From contig CAZBCV010000001.1 of assembly GCA_964490495.1 (NCBI GenBank), forward strand, positions 3,057 through 44,532: a DNA stretch of 41,476 nt. Direction: 5' to 3'. Within the stretch, counting starts at the first letter, position 1; every line of letters starts with the position of its first letter. Origin of the DNA: an uncultured Aureispira sp. (GTDB lineage: Bacteria; Bacteroidota; Bacteroidia; Chitinophagales; Saprospiraceae). Positions 19,038-28,478 of this stretch are shown here, one piece after another. A model generated the notes under the pieces. The model did not search any database. It was not told the origin of the DNA and saw only the letters and a list, made by a program, of their open reading frames with translations. The translations under genes and the position numbers were made by a program.

Positions 19038-22025
19038 TTAAAGTGTCTGCTTAGTCTCTACTATTTCATAAGCTTCTATGACATCGCCTTCACGAATATC
19101 ATTAAAGTTTTTGATGGCTAAACCACACTCCATACCATTACGTACCTCCTTTACATCTTCTTTGTAACGTTTTAGTGAAGATAGCTCGCCATGCGCGCCT
19201 TCTTTAGTCGGAAATACAACAATACCATCTCTAATCAATCTGATATGATGGTTTCTTAGTATTTTACCTTCTGTTACAAAACCTCCAGCAATTGTGCCCA
19301 CTTTAGATATTTTATATACTTCACGGACTTCTACTTGTGCGGTTATTTTTTCTTCTCTTGTAGGCTCCAACATTCCTTCCATAGCTGATTTGATTTCATC
19401 TATGGCTTCGTAAATGATAGAGTATGTTTTTATTTGTACCCCTTCTTTTTCTGCAAGATTTCGTGCATTCGAAGAAGGTCTCACTTGGAATCCAATAATG
19501 ATGGCGTCAGAGGCCGATGCCAATAATACATCTGATTCGGCAATAGCACCAACGGCTTTGTGAATGATATTAACCTGAATAGTCTCAACAGACAATTTGA
19601 TGAGTGAATCTGAGAGAGCTTCGATAGAACCATCCACGTCTCCTTTAACAATAAGGTTCAATTCTTTGAACGTGCCTAAAGCCAATCGTCTTCCGATTTC
19701 ATCTAAACTAATTCGTTTATTTGCCCTATTGCTTTGTTCTCTTTCTATTTGAGCCCGTTTAGTAGCCAATTGTCTAGTTTCTTGCTCAGAGTCCATTACT
19801 TTGAATTTTTCTCCGGCTTGAGGTGCGCCACTCAATCCCAAAATCAAGGTAGGTGTCGAAGGTCCAGCTGATTTTACTTTTTTTCCATGTTCATTAAACA
19901 TGGCTTTTATTTTACCAGAATAAGGTCCAGCTACCATTGGATCTCCTACTTGTATTGTTCCATTCTGTACCAATATCTTAGTAACATAACCCTTACCTTT
20001 GTCTAATGATGCTTCTATTACAGTACCTACACCCTTTCTATTAGGGTTGGCTTTGAGTTCTAAAACTTCAGCTTCTAAAAGGATTTTTTCTAATAACTTA
20101 TCTACATTGAGTCCTTTAAGGGCCGATATATCTTGAGATTGGTAGCTTCCACCCCAATCTTCAACCAATAAATTCATAGAAGCTAATTCTTGTTTTATCT
20201 TTTCAGCGTCGGCTCCAGGCTTATCTATTTTATTAATAGCAAAAACCATAGGTACTCCGGCAGCTTGAGCGTGACTAATGGCTTCTTTAGTTTGTGGCAT
20301 CAATCTGTCATCAGCAGCAATTATTATAACCGCTACATCTGTTACTTTAGCTCCTCTGGCCCTCATCGCTGTAAATGCCTCGTGACCTGGTGTATCAAGA
20401 AAGGTTATTTTTTTCTTTTCAGGTCCTAATTTCACCTCGTAAGCTCCAATATGTTGTGTTATACCACCTGCTTCACCACTCGCCACATTTGCTTCTCTAA
20501 TATAATCTAGCAATGAAGTTTTTCCATGATCTACGTGACCCATTACGGTGACTATAGGTGCTCTTGGAACTAAATCCTCTTCATTATCTTCTTCGACAAC
20601 AAAGTCCACAGATGTGTCTTCCGCACTAATGAATTCGACTTCGCGTCCAAACTCTCCTGAAACAAGCTCTATAATTTCTGCATCTAATCTTTGATTGATA
20701 GAAACTATAATTCCCAAACCCATACAAGTAGTTATCACTTGGGTAACTGAAACATCTAAAAGACTCGCTAATTCAGAAACAGAGATAAATTCAGTGAGCT
20801 TTAATTTTGTCTCTAAATTTTCTAATTCTTCATTTTCTAATTTTTCTTTTTTAATGTCTCTGTTGTCTCTTCTTATTTTTTGACGTTTGTTTTTGCCACC
20901 CAAATTAAGACGAGCCATTGTTGCCTTAATCTTATCGTCTATTTCTTTTTGTGATACTTCTTTGACTTCTTCTCTTACAGGTTTATCTTTTTTGATTGGA
21001 CCTCTATTTTGATTTTGACCATGGCTTTGTCCTTGACCTTGACCATGGCTTTGTCCTTGACCTTGACCTTGACCTTGAGCTGTATCAGAAACTGGTTTTC
21101 CAGTGTTAACCTTTTTACGTTTTCTTTTTCTTCGTGAATCACTTGAAGCGGCACTACCAGCGGGTGCAGTACCTGTTTCGGTTTTAGGTACTTCTTTTTT
21201 AGCTGATGGTTTAGGTTTTGTGGAACTGTCTATTTTACTAGTGTCAATTTTACCCATTATCTTTAATCCTTTCAATAATGGGGTTTTGGCTCTATGTAAT
21301 AATTCCTCAGGTTTTTCATCTGAAACTTTTTCTTCAGGTAGAGATACCTTCTCTTGAGGGGCAGCTGATGGCGCTTCCTTTAATATTGGAGTTTCAACAA
21401 TAGGTTTTTCTATTTTTGATTCAACTATATCTTTAGGTTCATCAGCTTTTATATCATGACGCAAAGGCTCCTTCTTTTCTTCTGGTTTTTCTATAGGCTT
21501 AGGTTTCTTTTTACCTGCATCCAAATCTATTTTTCCAACAATTTTGAAACCCGGTAAATCTGGCCTATCACTTACTTTTTCTGATTCTATTTTTTCTTCT
21601 ACAATTGGGGATTCTATTTTTGGAGTTTCTTCTCTCGTTTCCTTTACTATAGGTTGTTCTGGTTTTATAACTTCCTTTATAGGTTCAGGTTCCGCTATTG
21701 GTTTCTCTTCAACAGGAGGAGCAACAGGTGTTTTACCCATATCCGAAAGCTTCGGAATTGAAAATAAAGGTTTAGGTGTCAGTTTTTCTGCTGATGCCTT
21801 ATTATCTTCTTTACCGACGGGTCTTGAACCTATGACTATCTGGTCCGCTTTTTCTTTTTCAGTCATAGATGATCGAAACTCCTTGAGAAGTTCTCCATGC
21901 ATCTCATCGGTAACCATAGACGTAGGCTTATTTTCAATACTGAATCCCTTAGTGATTAGGAAATCCACTATTGTATTTAAACCTACATTTAACTCTTTTG
22001 CTACTTTTACTAATCTACCTGCCAT
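19038..22025 (-). CDS. infB: Translation initiation factor IF-2
   Basis: N-terminal [15 protein letters not shown], a long Lys/Glu/Pro-rich linker, and the G domain [28 protein letters not shown]. 995 aa. Confidence 0.95.
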   Translation of the reverse strand: MAGRLVKVAKELNVGLNTIVDFLITKGFSIENKPTSMVTDEMHGELLKEFRSSMTEKEKADQIVIGSRPVGKEDNKASAEKLTPKPLFSIPKLSDMGKTPVAPPVEEKPIAEPEPIKEVIKPEQPIVKETREETPKIESPIVEEKIESEKVSDRPDLPGFKIVGKIDLDAGKKKPKPIEKPEEKKEPLRHDIKADEPKDIVESKIEKPIVETPILKEAPSAAPQEKVSLPEEKVSDEKPEELLHRAKTPLLKGLKIMGKIDTSKIDSSTKPKPSAKKEVPKTETGTAPAGSAASSDSRRKRKRKKVNTGKPVSDTAQGQGQGQGQSHGQGQGQSHGQNQNRGPIKKDKPVREEVKEVSQKEIDDKIKATMARLNLGGKNKRQKIRRDNRDIKKEKLENEELENLETKLKLTEFISVSELASLLDVSVTQVITTCMGLGIIVSINQRLDAEIIELVSGEFGREVEFISAEDTSVDFVVEEDNEEDLVPRAPIVTVMGHVDHGKTSLLDYIREANVASGEAGGITQHIGAYEVKLGPEKKKITFLDTPGHEAFTAMRARGAKVTDVAVIIIAADDRLMPQTKEAISHAQAAGVPMVFAINKIDKPGADAEKIKQELASMNLLVEDWGGSYQSQDISALKGLNVDKLLEKILLEAEVLELKANPNRKGVGTVIEASLDKGKGYVTKILVQNGTIQVGDPMVAGPYSGKIKAMFNEHGKKVKSAGPSTPTLILGLSGAPQAGEKFKVMDSEQETRQLATKRAQIEREQSNRANKRISLDEIGRRLALGTFKELNLIVKGDVDGSIEALSDSLIKLSVETIQVNIIHKAVGAIAESDVLLASASDAIIIGFQVRPSSNARNLAEKEGVQIKTYSIIYEAIDEIKSAMEGMLEPTREEKITAQVEVREVYKISKVGTIAGGFVTEGKILRNHHIRLIRDGIVVFPTKEGAHGELSSLKRYKEDVKEVRNGMECGLAIKNFNDIREGDVIEAYEIVETKQTL
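21017..21078 (-). repeat. Tandem repeat inside the infB linker (24-nt unit x2 plus GACCTT hexamers), encoding [20 protein letters not shown]
   Basis: GACCATGGCTTTGTCCTTGACCTT occurs at 21017-21040 and again exactly at 21041-21064, followed by GACCTTGACCTTGA. Confidence 0.85.
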
Positions 22026-22197
22026 TAAGAAATTTAAACTAATTTAAAACTCTTCAAAAATGAAAAGAAATATATTCTACAAATTCATTTTTGAAATCTA
22101 AAAAATACTTATGTTTGAATCACTTTCCCAAAAGATGGAAACTAGATTTTTTAATATCTAATTCCAGTCTTTTCAACAAAGTAATCTACACTTTTTG

Positions 22198-23433
22198 TTA
22201 ATCTTCAAATTCAGAAGCCAATACCCTCAATACTTCATCGATGGTCTCTTCTTCTAAGTCTGAACGTCTTATCAATTCAGCTCTATTGAGCGATAAAACA
22301 CTTTTTGCTGAATCACATCCTATATTCTTGAGCGTTTCGATCACCCAATCTTCTAACTCATCTCTGAATTCATCCAAGTCAACGTCATCTATTTCGTGCT
22401 CTTCATTATCACGATATACGTCTATTTCATAACCCGTCAATCTACTAGCCAATCTAATATTACTTCCATTTTTTCCAATCGCCAGTGACACTTGATCTGG
22501 TTTTAAAAATACCGACGCCTTCATTTTAACATCATCTAAATCTATAGATGTTACCTTAGCTGGGGTCAAAGATCTTTGAATAAATAAAGATGAATTCGCT
22601 GTAAAGTTGACAATATCAATATTTTCATTCTTTAATTCTCGCACTATTCCATGAATTCTTGAACCTTTCATCCCTACACAAGCTCCTACAGGATCTACTC
22701 TATCGTCATAAGACTCAACAGCGACTTTTGCTCTTTCACCTGGCATTCGCACTATCTTTTTTATGGTAATTAAACCATCCTCAATCTCCGGTACTTCTTG
22801 TTCCATGAGTTTTTCCAAAAATCTATTGTCTGTTCTTGAAACAATTACAGTGGGATTGCCATTGCGCATTTCAACTTTCTTTATGACTCCTCGCACCATA
22901 TCTCCTTTTCTAAAAAAGTCTCCTTTGATCATTTCTAGTTTTGGCAAAAGTAATTCATGTTGTGTGGCATCATCCAAGATAAAAACTTCCTTTTTAAGAA
23001 CTTGACTTATTTCTCCTACCACAAGATCACCCTCTTTGTCAACGTATCTTTTATATACATCATCTTTCTCAAGCTCCATTATTCTAGACTGAAGCGTTTG
23101 ACGTGCTGCCATGATGGACCTTCTACCAAAATCTTCTAAGGTCAATTGCTGATAACACTCCTCTCCTATATCATAGTCTTCGTCTATTGCTTTGGCCTCA
23201 GTATATGATATTTGTGAAAGCTCATCTGTCACTTCACCATCTGGTACAATATTTCGCACGCGCCACATCTCGAGGTCTCCGTTTTGAGTATTGACAATCA
23301 CGTCGAAGTTATCGTCTGTCCCAAACTTCTTCTTAATCAAGGTCCTAAATACATCTTCAAGGACCCTAACCATAGTGGGTCTATCAATGTTTTTACCTTC
23401 TTTAAATTCCGAAAATGATTCTACTAAATTCAT
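22198..23433 (-). CDS. nusA: Transcription termination/antitermination factor NusA
   Basis: Layout of N-terminal domain, S1 and two KH domains (VGACVGMKGSRI; IGKNGSNIRLA). Its ATG overlaps the rimP stop (TAATG). Confidence 0.95.
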   Translation of the reverse strand: MNLVESFSEFKEGKNIDRPTMVRVLEDVFRTLIKKKFGTDDNFDVIVNTQNGDLEMWRVRNIVPDGEVTDELSQISYTEAKAIDEDYDIGEECYQQLTLEDFGRRSIMAARQTLQSRIMELEKDDVYKRYVDKEGDLVVGEISQVLKKEVFILDDATQHELLLPKLEMIKGDFFRKGDMVRGVIKKVEMRNGNPTVIVSRTDNRFLEKLMEQEVPEIEDGLITIKKIVRMPGERAKVAVESYDDRVDPVGACVGMKGSRIHGIVRELKNENIDIVNFTANSSLFIQRSLTPAKVTSIDLDDVKMKASVFLKPDQVSLAIGKNGSNIRLASRLTGYEIDVYRDNEEHEIDDVDLDEFRDELEDWVIETLKNIGCDSAKSVLSLNRAELIRRSDLEEETIDEVLRVLASEFED

Positions 23434-23906
23434 TAATTGAAACTAATTTTTATTTTTGATTCAATAATATCTTCAAATTTTATTTTGTCTGTTACTAAGA
23501 CACTTTTATTCTTTTTACCTTCTTTTACTTTAGTTTCATACTCCACAAGGATGATATCTCCATCTATTCCTACCAATGTTCCTTTACTCCTTTTGTCTAT
23601 CGTGTGTTTAATATCAATTATCCTACCAATATTTTTTGGATACTGCCTCAATAGTTTGAGTGGCCTTCCTACTCCCGCAGATGAAACTTCTAAAACGTAA
23701 GTCTCTCCAAAGTATTTTTGTTCATCAAATATAGCTTCCAACCACCTACTTAATTTTCTACATTTTCCAAAATCAACATAATCATCACTGTCTAAAAATA
23801 CTTCTATTTTTTTACCGCTGATTACACATTCTATTAAAAAAGTATCACCATATTCTAAGGTCTCTAAACCTTTGTTGACTAACTCTGATAAACTCTGACT
23901 ATCCAT
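23433..23906 (-). CDS. rimP: Ribosome maturation factor RimP
   Basis: It sits directly upstream of nusA, and LEVSSAGVGRPL is typical of RimP. I place the start at ATG 23904-23906. The 22-codon extension to 23972 overlaps the promoter and the leader hairpin. Confidence 0.9.
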   Translation of the reverse strand: MDSQSLSELVNKGLETLEYGDTFLIECVISGKKIEVFLDSDDYVDFGKCRKLSRWLEAIFDEQKYFGETYVLEVSSAGVGRPLKLLRQYPKNIGRIIDIKHTIDKRSKGTLVGIDGDIILVEYETKVKEGKKNKSVLVTDKIKFEDIIESKIKISFN

Positions 23907-23914
23907 ATTTACAC

Positions 23915-23944
23915 AAAATAAAAAAGGGAAACCCCGCGTCTCCC
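23915..23944 (-). terminator. Terminator-like hairpin plus U-tract inside the rimP-nusA-infB leader (candidate attenuator)
   Basis: The minus strand reads GGGAGA-CGCGGGG-TTTCCC (6 bp including one G-U) followed by TTTTTTATTTT. It lies between the -7 box (23970-23977) and the rimP ATG (23906). Confidence 0.45.
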
Positions 23945-23969
23945 TGCCTATCATTTCACTAAAGTGCCG

Positions 23970-23977
23970 CAAATATA
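23970..23977 (-). promoter_or_regulatory. Bacteroidota-type -7 promoter box (TATATTTG on the minus strand) for rimP-nusA-infB
   Basis: Exact TAnnTTTG match with a TTG about 20 nt further upstream (23997-23999, minus strand). It lies 64 nt upstream of the rimP ATG. Confidence 0.5.
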
Positions 23978-24253
23978 CGACTTTTTATTTAATAGTCAAT
24001 AACATTGTTGTTAATTATTATATTCGAAGTTATATATTCATCAAATTTAAGGTTTATTAGATGTATTTCAATATTAGTTTTGTATAAATCCAGTAGTTTC
24101 GCTTCGGCTACCGTTTTGCCCTGACAGTTGCTCTTTTATGATCAAAACCATCCTCAAGTTGACTTTCTGCTTCATTATTTATTCCTAAAATATACTGAAC
24201 ATAAAAAGATTAAAAAAAATTTATTAAATAATCGATTAGTAAATAATACTTTT

Positions 24254-24400
24254 ATGGCAACATAAGAACAATTTAAAATCAGAACAGAGGAAAAATTAAG
24301 ACGTAGATTTAGAGAAGAATTTAAATAAGTTTAAAGTAAAAGAAATTGAACAAGGCATACCTACATTTTACATAAAATATGTATTGAAAAGCTATTGAAG
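24254..24400 (+). mobile_element. Possible relic of an IS3-family transposase OrfA (HTH N-terminus), broken by stops and a frameshift
   Basis: Translation gives MAT*EQFKIRTEEKLRRRFREEFK* and then, shifted by one nt, KFKVKEIEQGIPTFYIKYVLKSY*. The R-R-x-F-x-x-E-F-K-x-K-x-V-K-E-I-E-x-G pattern resembles IS3 OrfA N-termini. No OrfB or inverted repeats are seen. Confidence 0.3.
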
Positions 24401-24446
24401 GGGGAGTAATTCCATAATTAGGTGACAGGTGTTTGTAGGTAATTAT

Positions 24447-25132
24447 CTAAAATGCATAAACAAAATTACCATGTAATATTACTAACGGTGTTGTTTCTTT
24501 TTCTCTCATTTGAGGTGTTGATTGACTATTATCCGATGAGCTAAAGTTGAGAGCATTAACACCTAGTCCTATGGCAAAATGTATATAAAAATTTTTAAAA
24601 AGATCTGTAATAACACCTATTTTCGATCCAACGGAGAACATCTTGATCTTCTCTTCAGAAGGGGTAGTGACTGATGTTACAATACTAAAAAAAGGATAGC
24701 GTGTTGTCAAGGTATTTGTGTATCTGTATTGCACTAGACCAGAAATGTAAAATATGGGAACTTTATCGATATTGTTAAGTCTAAATCGCGGTTCTAGTCT
24801 AAATCGAAACCCTTTGGAAGGATAATCTGGGGATAAAATATTAAAAACTTCACCTCTGAATATATACCCAAATTCAGTGTTGAAATCAATTTTTTTTAGA
24901 CCCCGTGTGTATAGTTGATTTGAACACCTACAAATTCATTGACAAAAGATGAAGGCGTAAATCCTATTTTTGATTTTTCAAAAAAGTGTTTTTCTGCCTT
25001 TTGTCCATTCAATATGAAAGGAGATAAGAATGAAATAACAAGAATCCAAACTTTATCTTTAAATCTCAATACCCCTATGTTTGAATGTCGAATTTTGGTT
25101 ATAAAACTTGTTAAAATTATAATATTCTTCAT
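24447..25132 (-). pseudogene. Outer-membrane beta-barrel gene split by a single frameshift (pseudogene, assembly error or phase-variable)
   Basis: ORFs 24896-25132 and 24447-24734 are parts of one gene. The downstream frame is open from about 24935 to 24447 and ends ..GNFVYAF (C-terminal Phe). Adding one base in the C4/G4 run at 24901-24904 gives the continuous sequence ..VQINYTHGGLKKIDFNTEFGYIF.. The N-terminus has a signal-like segment VWILVISFLSPFILNGQ. Confidence 0.6.
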
Positions 25133-25166
25133 GGCTTTGTTTAAATATGATGGTTAAATTACAGGA

Positions 25167-25174
25167 CAAAGTTA
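25167..25174 (-). promoter_or_regulatory. Bacteroidota-type -7 promoter box (TAACTTTG on the minus strand)
   Basis: Exact TAnnTTTG match 35 nt upstream of the ATG at 25132. Confidence 0.4.
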
Positions 25175-25560
25175 CATGAATACCAAATGGCGAAATTATC
25201 TGATTTTAAATCAATTATGACATTTTTGTATTTATTTATATTTTTTAATTTATTTTAGACATTTTTATTGAAAAATAGATTATTATTCTTATGATAAAGT
25301 GAAGATTATTATATTTCGATAATTTATTGTCATTTATCTAATTAAAAAATTAAATTTTAATAATCTCCTTAAATGATCATAATACAGGTAGAATCCGCAA
25401 GAAAATTGAGTGAATTCTTCACCCAAATAAATTATAAAAAAACATACATAGGTTTATGTACAACAGTTACTTTTTAAAACAATTGGTGTCAAAAAGATTT
25501 AAATCTAATCATTGAAATGAAATAGAATAAAAAATATTAATAGATATTCGATTTAAATGA

Positions 25561-25568
25561 TATTTTTG
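25561..25568 (+). promoter_or_regulatory. Bacteroidota-type -7 promoter box (TATTTTTG)
   Basis: Exact TAnnTTTG match 28 nt upstream of the ATG at 25596. Confidence 0.5.
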
Positions 25569-25595
25569 CACCGTAAAAACAAATAAAGACCAAAT

Positions 25596-26447
25596 ATGAA
25601 ATGGGAAGGATATAGAAAGAGTAAAAATTTTGAAGACCGTAGAACAATGGGTACAGGAGGTAAAGTAGCTATTGGTGGCGGTTTGTTAGGCCTTATATTT
25701 TTACTAATACAAGTATTTTTAGGTGGTGATCCTGCTCAATTGACACAGGCGCTTCAAGATCAAGTGTCCACTTCACAAACATCTCAAGGAAAGGAGCTCA
25801 CGGCTGAGGAAAAGAGAATGGGTGATTTTGTATCTTCAGTTTTTGCTATGACGGAAGATGTTTGGCAAGGCTTGTTCAAACAAAATGGAGCCGTATATCG
25901 CGAACCGAAAATGGTCCTATTTAGTGATGGTGTTCGTTCAGCGTGTGGTGGTGCCTCATCAAGCTCAGGCCCATTCTACTGTCCAGCAGACGAAACAGTA
26001 TATATGGATTTGGCCTTTTTTAATGTACTAAGAGATAGATTTGGAGCCAAAGGAGGTGATTTTGCTATAGCTTACGTCATTGCACATGAAGTAGGACATC
26101 ATGTACAACACTTACAGGGAATTTTACAAAAAGTCCAAAGTATGCGCAAACAACTACCTCAAGCGGAAGGGAATAAAGTACACGTGGCTATGGAACTTCA
26201 AGCGGACTACTATGCAGGTGTTTGGGCGCACTATGTTCGTGAACTTTTAGAGCCCGGCGACTTTGAACAAGCGCTCAATGCTGCTGCCGTAGTGGGAAAT
26301 GATAATATGCAAAAAAGAACTCAAGGTTATGTAGTACCTGAAAGCTTTACACATGGCACATCTCAACAAAGAATGGAATGGCTGTCACGTGGTTTTAAGT
26401 CTGGTAATTTACAAGATGGCGACACCTATTCTGTTTTACTTAACTAA
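25596..26447 (+). CDS. YpfJ-family putative neutral zinc metallopeptidase
   Basis: N-terminal KWEGYRKSKNFEDRR, one TM segment, and HEVGHH (HExxH) with the surrounding YpfJ-like context. Confidence 0.85.
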   Translation: MKWEGYRKSKNFEDRRTMGTGGKVAIGGGLLGLIFLLIQVFLGGDPAQLTQALQDQVSTSQTSQGKELTAEEKRMGDFVSSVFAMTEDVWQGLFKQNGAVYREPKMVLFSDGVRSACGGASSSSGPFYCPADETVYMDLAFFNVLRDRFGAKGGDFAIAYVIAHEVGHHVQHLQGILQKVQSMRKQLPQAEGNKVHVAMELQADYYAGVWAHYVRELLEPGDFEQALNAAAVVGNDNMQKRTQGYVVPESFTHGTSQQRMEWLSRGFKSGNLQDGDTYSVLLN

Positions 26448-26469
26448 AAAGCCCCTTTCAATAAATGAT

Positions 26470-26859
26470 TTATTCCAATCCTGGAAAGAAGGCATCTTTG
26501 AAATGTTTAAGAACAAAATTATTTTGGGCATCTACGAGTATTGATATTATGTCAAACCTTATTTCCCATTCATGATTGATTTTTTCCATATATCTAAGCG
26601 CACCATCAATGATTAATTTTTCTTTTTGAAGGGATATACTTTCTTCTGGTTCACCAAAAAAATTATATGATTTAGTTTTTACTTCTACGAATACCAATAC
26701 ATCTCCTTCTTTGGCAATTATGTCAATTTCGGCTTTGCTAAATCGCCATTGCCTTTCCAATATAAGGTAACCTAAAGAAGTTAAATGATTACAAGCGGCC
26801 TCTTCACCCCATTGCCCCAGTTCATTTTTGTTAAAATCTGATAAATTTTTGTTGTTCAT
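26470..26859 (-). CDS. YraN-family (UPF0102) endonuclease-like protein
   Basis: GQWGEEAACNHL..GY.ILERQWR..EIDIIAKEGDVLVFVEVKTK is the YraN/PD-(D/E)xK signature. I place the start at ATG 26857-26859. Confidence 0.85.
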   Translation of the reverse strand: MNNKNLSDFNKNELGQWGEEAACNHLTSLGYLILERQWRFSKAEIDIIAKEGDVLVFVEVKTKSYNFFGEPEESISLQKEKLIIDGALRYMEKINHEWEIRFDIISILVDAQNNFVLKHFKDAFFPGLE

Positions 26860-26872
26860 AATTATTTTTAAA

Positions 26873-26880
26873 CAAAAATA
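26873..26880 (-). promoter_or_regulatory. Bacteroidota-type -7 promoter box (TATTTTTG on the minus strand)
   Basis: Exact TAnnTTTG match 14 nt upstream of the YraN ATG, which implies a very short leader. Confidence 0.35.
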
Positions 26881-26935
26881 CATACAATTATGTTACGGCA
26901 GCGCTAAAAAATAGGACTATATTATTAAAAATCAG

Positions 26936-26943
26936 TACCTTTG
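26936..26943 (+). promoter_or_regulatory. Bacteroidota-type -7 promoter box (TACCTTTG)
   Basis: Exact TAnnTTTG match 44 nt upstream of the ahcY ATG. Confidence 0.5.
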
Positions 26944-26986
26944 TGGCTTTTTAGAAAATCTTATTAAATTTTAATCTATATATTTT

Positions 26987-28306
26987 ATGAGTAATACAAA
27001 CACTATTACAAATGTGCCCTACAAAGTCAAAGATATTAATTTGGCTGAATGGGGAAGAAAAGAAATAAATTTAGCTGAAGCAGAAATGCCTGGCCTTATG
27101 TCTTTAAGAGAAGAATTTGGGGCAACTCAACCGCTCAAAGGGGCAAGAGTAGCGGGTTGTCTCCATATGACAATCCAAACAGCGGTTCTCATCGAAACAC
27201 TGGTTGCCTTGGGCGCAGAAGTCTCATGGTCTTCATGTAATATTTTCTCAACTCAGGATCACGCAGCAGCAGCAATTGCAGCAGCAGGAATTCCAGTTTT
27301 TGCTTGGAAAGGAATGAACGAAGAGGAGTTTGATTGGTGTATCGAACAAACACTTTTTGCTTTCAAAGAGGGTGAGTCTCTCAATATGATATTAGATGAC
27401 GGAGGCGATTTAACAAATATGGTCTTCGATAGGTTTCCAGAATTGGTATCCAATATAAAGGGTTTGTCAGAAGAAACGACAACAGGTGTTCACAGACTTT
27501 ATGAAAGGCAAAAAAATGGCACTTTAGTAATGCCAGCCATCAATATTAACGATTCTGTGACCAAGTCAAAATTTGACAACAAATACGGATGTAAAGAATC
27601 ATTGGTGGACTCAATAAGACGAGCCACAGACATAATGATGGCGGGAAAAGTTGCAGTTGTAGCTGGTTATGGTGATGTGGGCAAAGGTTCAGCCGCTTCT
27701 TTGAGTGGTGCTGGATGTAGGGTTATTGTAACAGAAATAGATCCAATTTGTGCCTTGCAAGCAGCAATGGATGGTTTCGCTGTCAAAAAAATGGAAAATG
27801 CACTTTCAGAGGCTTCAATTGTTGTGACGGCTACGGGTAATAAAAACATCATCCGAGCAGAACATTTTAAAATGATGAATGACAAAACTATAGTCTGTAA
27901 TATTGGACATTTCGACAATGAGATAGATATGGCTTGGCTCAATAAAAACTATGGACATACTAAAGAACAAATCAAACCACAAGTGGACATATATAATCTT
28001 GAGGGCAAAGATGTAATATTACTAGCCGAAGGTAGATTGGTTAATCTAGGTTGTGCCACTGGCCACCCTTCATTTGTAATGTCTAATAGTTTTACAAATC
28101 AGGTATTAGCACAATTGGAACTTTGGCAAAATCATGAGAAATATGAAAACAAAGTGTATATGCTACCTAAACATTTAGATGAAAAAGTAGCAAGACTTCA
28201 CCTTGCAAAAATTGGTGTAGAACTTGAAGAGTTGTCTAAGGATCAAGCAGAATACATTGGCGTATCCGTAGAAGGACCGTTCAAGCCAGAATATTACAGA
28301 TATTAA
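26987..28306 (+). CDS. ahcY: Adenosylhomocysteinase
   Basis: [23 protein letters not shown], the NAD motif [12 protein letters not shown], and [25 protein letters not shown]. Confidence 0.95.
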   Translation: MSNTNTITNVPYKVKDINLAEWGRKEINLAEAEMPGLMSLREEFGATQPLKGARVAGCLHMTIQTAVLIETLVALGAEVSWSSCNIFSTQDHAAAAIAAAGIPVFAWKGMNEEEFDWCIEQTLFAFKEGESLNMILDDGGDLTNMVFDRFPELVSNIKGLSEETTTGVHRLYERQKNGTLVMPAININDSVTKSKFDNKYGCKESLVDSIRRATDIMMAGKVAVVAGYGDVGKGSAASLSGAGCRVIVTEIDPICALQAAMDGFAVKKMENALSEASIVVTATGNKNIIRAEHFKMMNDKTIVCNIGHFDNEIDMAWLNKNYGHTKEQIKPQVDIYNLEGKDVILLAEGRLVNLGCATGHPSFVMSNSFTNQVLAQLELWQNHEKYENKVYMLPKHLDEKVARLHLAKIGVELEELSKDQAEYIGVSVEGPFKPEYYRY

Positions 28307-28326
28307 GATAAATATCTTTTATGAAT

Positions 28327-28380
28327 AAACAAGGTCAGAAAAGTTATATCACTACTTTATGGCCTTGTTTTTCTTTTTTT
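28327..28380 (+). terminator. Possible rho-independent terminator after ahcY
   Basis: AAACAAGG (28327-28334) pairs with CCTTGTTT (28363-28370) and is followed by TTCTTTTTTT. The 28-nt loop is large, so confidence is moderate. Confidence 0.45.
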
Positions 28381-28419
28381 ATGAGGATATAATTTTTAAA
28401 AATAGCCATTTATTTAGAA

Positions 28420-28427
28420 TACTTTTG
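28420..28427 (+). promoter_or_regulatory. Bacteroidota-type -7 promoter box (TACTTTTG)
   Basis: Exact TAnnTTTG match 52 nt upstream of the ATG at 28479. Confidence 0.5.
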
Positions 28428-28478
28428 TAAACCCTAGTTCAATTTATATTGTTTGACTATTACCAAACTTAATGAAAC

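Noticed and set aside
21544-22047. 167-aa plus-strand ORF, and the other antisense ORFs inside infB (20190-20429, 20695-20883, 21103-21357).
   Set aside because: They lie antisense to the unmistakable IF-2 gene. Their Ser/Gly/Phe-rich low-complexity sequence mirrors the Lys/Glu/Pro-rich linker, and they have no independent start context.
26884-26986. Possible SAH riboswitch upstream of ahcY.
   Set aside because: The spacer is only about 100 nt and AT-rich, and it contains a promoter box 44 nt from the ATG. No GC-rich pseudoknot elements of the SAH riboswitch are visible.
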